From: Tortispora ganteri
Taxonomy: Eukaryota
Length of the DNA stretch: 64,000 nucleotides
Direction: 5' to 3'
Assembly (NCBI GenBank): GCA_003707115.1
Contig: PPNB01000007.1
Location: 124,001 to 188,000, forward strand
In this document: positions 58,697 through 64,000 of the stretch, piece by piece
Layout: each line of letters opens with the position of its first letter
Numbering within the stretch: the stretch's first letter is position 1
The notes under the pieces: generated by a model
The model's database searches: none
What the model was told of the DNA's origin: nothing
Seen by the model: only the letters and a program-made list of their open reading frames with translations
Position numbers and translations under genes: made by a program

Positions 58697-59908
58697 TTAT
58701 AACGTTTCGCAGTAGGCATCAAGCTTTACTGGAATTGCAAAGGTTGTGATTGCGGGTCCGTTAAGCGTATGGAGATCAACCATAACATCTTGTGATTCTG
58801 CTGAGACTTTAGTTGAGGTGTGACTTTCAATTATATCAAACTCTGTTTCAGTCTCTTTGTACTGGATATTTTCTTCGACTTCAACAAAATCTGGAGCCAG
58901 TGTAGCCCACCGTTGAGGAGGAACGACAGACCAGACATATATAGCTCCAGAATCCAAACCGCTGGCAACTATCAAAGGCTTTGAAGGATGCCAGGCGACA
59001 TCGAGCAGTTCTTCCTTAGGCCCTTCGTAAATTTTCACTAATGAGCCATTCATAATCTCCCACATATATACATCATTCTTGGCTTGATAAATAGTAGCAA
59101 GTACATAGTCACCCGATGGGCTTGAAGTCATAGTGTTGAATGCAAGCTTATTGATTTTATCTTGAAACTTATGCTCGACTTCCAAAGTCCACGAGGAAGG
59201 ATCGCCTTCCAAGGTCAGTGGTATCAATCTAATTGCCCGATCTGAAGAGTTTATCAGAAGATAGGACCCATTCGGCGTAATATAAATGTTTTTGATGCTC
59301 GCCAAGGATACCGAGTGTGATAACAAAAGGTCGAACGTCTCCGCATTGTATATTTCAATAGTGCCTTTAGTAGTGCCTCCAAGAATATATTTTCCATCAG
59401 AGGTCAATGCAATACTGACAATATCATAACTATTTTCCGAGTCAGGAAACTGCCGTATTTCGGTATCATTTGTAGTATTATCTGAGTTCTCAAGCTTGGG
59501 GATCTCCAGGACGCAAAGCTTCTGAGACAGCATTACAATGCAGACTCTAAATTGAGACACGAAGTGGACCTCCAGAACAGGTGCATCAAGCCTCAAAGTG
59601 ATAATAGGTTCACCGCTACTCAGGTCCCATACACATATTTGAAAATCGCTGGCACACGATACTAAGTATCTTCCGCATTTTGACCAGTTCACGCTTTGTA
59701 CTGGTCGCACGTGGAATCGTAGCACTCTCGCCACACCAAATGTGTCAAGATCAATCACAACAATTGAGCCATCAAATTGTCCAGAAGCTAAATAGTCGCC
59801 ACTGGCATTAAACTTCAAACAAACGGCCTGTCCAAACTCAAGCACTTGTGTAAGTCGTTCCGGGTACTCGTGAGAGAGTATGTGAGGGTCGATCAGCTCT
59901 AAGTTCAT
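58697..59908 (-). CDS. SWD1: COMPASS WD40 subunit Swd1 (RbBP5)
   Basis: MNLELIDP..YPE, WD repeats, LEVEHKFQD, EGPKEEL and WATLAPDFVEVEENIQY motifs. Confidence 0.93.
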   Translation of the reverse strand: MNLELIDPHILSHEYPERLTQVLEFGQAVCLKFNASGDYLASGQFDGSIVVIDLDTFGVARVLRFHVRPVQSVNWSKCGRYLVSCASDFQICVWDLSSGEPIITLRLDAPVLEVHFVSQFRVCIVMLSQKLCVLEIPKLENSDNTTNDTEIRQFPDSENSYDIVSIALTSDGKYILGGTTKGTIEIYNAETFDLLLSHSVSLASIKNIYITPNGSYLLINSSDRAIRLIPLTLEGDPSSWTLEVEHKFQDKINKLAFNTMTSSPSGDYVLATIYQAKNDVYMWEIMNGSLVKIYEGPKEELLDVAWHPSKPLIVASGLDSGAIYVWSVVPPQRWATLAPDFVEVEENIQYKETETEFDIIESHTSTKVSAESQDVMVDLHTLNGPAITTFAIPVKLDAYCETL

Positions 59909-60206
59909 CCCAAGACTGTCACAAGCAACTCTCTAAGCACCACTTCTAGCAATAATAAACAGGATACTGGTATTTTTACTCAGTTTTGAGTTATTTTTTA
60001 CAGACCAGCAGTTTAGGTGTTAGCAGCCGTTTATGGTCGATGTACGCGTGCGGCGTATCACCTAATGGAACTCAGAAAAAAAAGTGACCTCTGTAAAGTT
60101 TAGTTGTCATAGCAACATCACTCTTTATCACCCGCCGACTGTGTATATTATGAAATTTTGCCTACCAACTTGATTTCTCCCTGCTTCCTGAGCTTCACTC
60201 GCCACT

Positions 60207-63200
60207 ATGACGGTGCAGTTTGCGTATTCTAGCGCTCCTCTGCGAACCGTCAAGGAGGTACGTATTTATTTGTTTTTGAGTAGTCTCGATTTAGTCTCTC
60301 TTTTCTAACCTTTAAGATCCAATTTGGGCTCTTGTCACCCGAGGAAATCGTAAGTAATCACTTCTCCTATCTATTTAGCCAGTTTTTTTCACTCTTTTCT
60401 TCTCTGTCCGTTGTACGATGTCAAAATCGTCGAACTGCTTCTTATGATTGTCTATGCTCTTTTTATACCGATTAAATCCGAACTGTTTCTTGTTTTATTC
60501 CGATATCCCTCGATTCCTACCGCGATCGTCCGTGTTCGCAAACAAAACAAAGTGCAGATATACACCCGTACGGCTGTATAGCTATAACATGCTCCTTCAT
60601 ATAATCGCCTCCAGGATGTGCTTCAATCTTCTCCACACAAGAACTGGCTGTATTTCTAGAATTTTTTTTCGAGAATACTGTAACTAACTCCTTATTTAGA
60701 AGGCAATGAGTGTCGCAAAGATAGAGTATCCAGAAACTATGGATGAAACTCGACAGCGCCCTAGAATCGGCGGTCTTAATGACCCCAGATTAGGCTCGAT
60801 CGATCGGAACTTCAAATGCCAAACCTGCGGAGAAGGTATGGCTGAATGTCCCGGTCATTTTGGTCATATAGAACTTGCAAAACCGGTCTTTCATATCGGA
60901 TTTATTACGAAAATTAAAAAAATATTGGAGTCTGTTTGTCTCCACTGTGGCAAAGTTCTGCTTGATGAAAGTAATCCTGCTTTTGCCCAAGCTATAAAAA
61001 TTCGCGATCCCAAACGCCGTTTCCAAGCTGTTTGGTCGCTCTGTCGTTCAAAAATGGTCTGTGATTCGGATGTGGCTCCTGACGCTGGCTACACTGAAAA
61101 TGATCCTCATGCTCCTGATGTTCACTTGCATGGTGGATGTGGAAATTCACAACCCGTAATTCGACGTGATGGACTGAAATTGTGGGGTACATGGAAGGCG
61201 GATAAACACGCCGAAGAGTCAGACCAACCGGAACGTCGTCAACTAACCCCTAGCGAGATCCTAAATGTCTTTAGACATATCTCTCCAAAAGATATCCAAA
61301 ATCTGGGCCTTAACGAGGATTACGCCCGCCCTGAGTGGCTTATTATATCTGTCCTACCTGTACCTCCTCCTCCTGTTCGCCCTAGTATTGCCATAAATGA
61401 CAGTGCTCGCGGAGAGGATGATTTAACGTCTAAGCTGGCTGATATTTTGAAAGCTAGTGCAAACGTTCAGCGATGTTTACAAGAAGGTGCCCCTGCTCAT
61501 GTTATTAACGAATTTGAAACTTTGCTGCAATATCATGTTGCCACTTACATGGATAATGATATTGCAAGCGTTCCCCAAGCTTTGCAAAAGTCTGGCAGAC
61601 CTGTAAAGTCTATCCGTGCCCGCTTAAAAGGCAAGGAAGGTCGTCTTAGAGGTAACCTTATGGGTAAGCGCGTTGACTTTTCCGCCCGTACCGTTATTAC
61701 TGGTGATCCTAACTTGAGCCTTGACCAGGTAGGTGTTCCTCGTAGTATTGCTCGCACTCTGACATACCCCGAAATTGTGACTCCATACAACATTCAGCGA
61801 CTCAGTCAACTTGTTCAAAACGGACCTAACGAGCACCCCGGTGCTAAGTATGTAATTCGCGACACCGGTGAACGTATTGATCTTCGCTATCACAAGCGTG
61901 CAGGTGATATTCCACTGCAGTATGGCTGGACTGTTGAGCGTCATTTGCAAGATGATGACCCTGTTCTGTTCAATCGTCAACCTTCTCTACACAAAATGTC
62001 TATGATGGCCCATCGTGTTCGAGTTATGCCTTATTCCACATTCAGATTGAATCTGTCTGTCACTTCTCCATACAATGCTGATTTTGATGGTGATGAAATG
62101 AATTTGCATGTGCCTCAATCTGAGGAAACACGCGCTGAACTTACTCAACTTGCTATGGTACCCTTACAAATCGTTTCACCCCAGTCCAACAAACCTGTTA
62201 TGGGTATTGTCCAAGACTCGCTGTGTGGTATTAGAAAGTTAACACTTCGGGACACATTTTTGACCTATGAACAAGTGATGAATGTTCTTTTGTGGGTTCC
62301 TGATTGGGATGGACAAGTTCCTATCCCTGCTATCATGAAGCCCAAGCCTCTTTGGACTGGTAAGCAGATTGTTAGTCTTTGCATTCCTAAAGGTATCAAC
62401 CTTATTCGTATTGATGATAACAATCCTCTCAGCTCTCCAAAAGATAATGGTATGCTTATTGAAAATGGTGAAATAATTTTTGGAGTTGTGGATAAGAAAA
62501 CTGTCGGTGCAACTGGCGGTGGACTTGTTCACACTATTATGCGTGAAAAGGGACCTCAGGTTTGCTGTAATTTTTTCACTGGTATTCAAATGGTTGTAAA
62601 TTACTGGTTACTGCACAACGGATTTTCTATCGGTATCGGTGATACCATTGCTGACGCTGCGACTATGCGGGATATTACGAATACCATCACTGCAGCGAAG
62701 GAAAAGGTTCAAGATATTATTCGTGATGCTCAAGAGAATCGTTTACCTGCAGAGCCTGGTATGACTCTGCGTGAGTCATTTGAGCACAAAGTATCGCAAA
62801 CTCTCAATCAAGCTCGTGACACTACTGGTCGGTCGGCTGAAATGAGTCTCAAGGATACGAACAACGTTAAACAGATGGTCACAGCTGGATCTAAGGGTTC
62901 ATTCATTAATATTTCTCAAATGTCTGCTTGTGTCGGTCAACAAATTGTGGAAGGTAAACGTATTCCTTTTGGTTTCAAGGATCGAAGTTTGCCTCATTTC
63001 ACGAAAGATGATTATAGTCCGGAATCTAAAGGATTCATTGAAAATTCTTATCTTCGTGGTCTTACTCCTCAGGAATTTTTCTTCCACGCCATGGCTGGCC
63101 GCGAAGGTTTAATCGATACAGCTGTTAAAACTGCTGAAACTGGTTACATTCAGCGTCGTTTAGTTAAGGCGTTAGAAGATATCATGGTTCAGTATGATGG

Positions 63201-64000
63201 CACTGTTAGAAATTCATTGGGAGCAGTTATCCAATTTGTTTATGGAGAAGATGGTTTAGACGGCGCACAAGTTGAGAAACAGACGGTCGATACTATTCCT
63301 GGCTCGGATGAAATGTTTGAATCGCGCTATAAGATTGATCTTATGGATCCTAAGCATACTCTAGACTTGAAATTACTGGAAACTGGAAGTCAAATCGCTG
63401 GAGATATAAAGGTGCAAGCTGTGTTGGATCAGGAATACCAGCAGCTCCTAGAAGACAGACGATTCTTGCGAACTGAAGTATTTAAGAACGGTGATAATAA
63501 CTGGCCTTTGCCTGTCAATATTCGCAGGGTTATTCAAAACGCTCGCCAGATTTTCCGTTTGGATGGCAATAAACCAAGCAACTTGACTCCTACTGAGATT
63601 GTTGAGCGTGTTCGTGAGACACTGAACAAGCTTGTTGTGGTTCGTGGTGAGGGTGATCTACTTTCTGAAGCGCAACAGAATGCCATAACGCTGTTCAGTT
63701 GTCTAGTTAGATCCCGTCTGGCTTGCAAGAGGGTCTTACAAGAATACAAACTAGATAGAGATGCTTTTGAATGGGTTTTGGGTACTATTTCGAGGCAATT
63801 CAATAAATCTCTGGTTGCTGCGGGAGAAATGGTTGGAGTACTTGCCGCGCAATCGATTGGTGAGCCAGCCACCCAGATGACCTTGAATACGTTCCATTAT
63901 GCTGGTGTCTCTTCGAAGAACGTCACGCTTGGTGTTCCACGTCTTAAAGAAATTCTGAATGTTGCTAAGAGTATTAAAACTCCCACTCTTACTGTTTACC
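60207..64000 (+). CDS. RPB1: RNA polymerase II largest subunit, 5' part (runs off the window); exons 60207-60257, 60317-60349, 60700->64000
   Basis: The spliced start [64 protein letters not shown], catalytic [11 protein letters not shown] and trigger-loop [12 protein letters not shown]. It is absent from the ORF track because there is no stop in the window. Confidence 0.98.

Noticed and set aside
60350..60699. Box C/D snoRNA in RPB1 intron 2, and the 79-aa ORF at 60448
   Set aside because: I found no CTGA box D in the intron; H/ACA-like words exist but without convincing twin hairpins; the ORF is intronic and featureless.
220..63872. Numerous 60-180 aa antisense or off-frame ORFs in the track
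   Set aside because: They are shadows of real CDSs with no motifs. Only 23211-23474 was kept, because most of it lies outside the host CDS and it has a recognisable Cys pattern.
60207..64000. Alternative yeast code (CUG=Ser/Ala)
   Set aside because: CTG encodes conserved Leu in Rpb1 (SAPLRT; LLQYH).

Overview
This is a 64-kb window of a very compact budding-yeast (Saccharomycotina) chromosome using the standard code; CTG encodes conserved Leu in RPB1. The gene content (Moco gephyrin-like enzyme, queuosine salvage, Pol-delta p12, carnitine synthesis, a dispersed 5S gene) and the short, degenerate introns suggest an early-branching lineage such as Trichomonascaceae or the Wickerhamiella/Starmerella group. 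That placement is inference. I can support about 38 protein-coding genes, mostly housekeeping (UBA2, KAP114, SMD2, MSS1, SMC1, a formin, ALG3, TOA2, NPR2, SWD1, and the 5' part of RPB1), plus two tRNAs, one solitary 5S rRNA gene and seven spliceosomal introns that the ORF track misses. The most notable observations are: (1) an intronless GXWXG/DUF4334 gene of bacterial-type architecture, a horizontal-transfer candidate, near a 682-aa orphan ORF; (2) a SOM1-like gene that overlaps a Nudix gene antisense by 98 bp; (3) a 350-nt RPB1 intron closed by a long-range 12-bp stem; (4) extreme compaction, with 62-77 bp bidirectional promoters and interlocked stop codons; (5) a tandem, asymmetrically diverged QDR3-like MFS pair beside an ABCG pump. 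I found no mobile element, CRISPR array or secondary-metabolite cluster, and I cannot support a wholly new multi-gene system from sequence alone.
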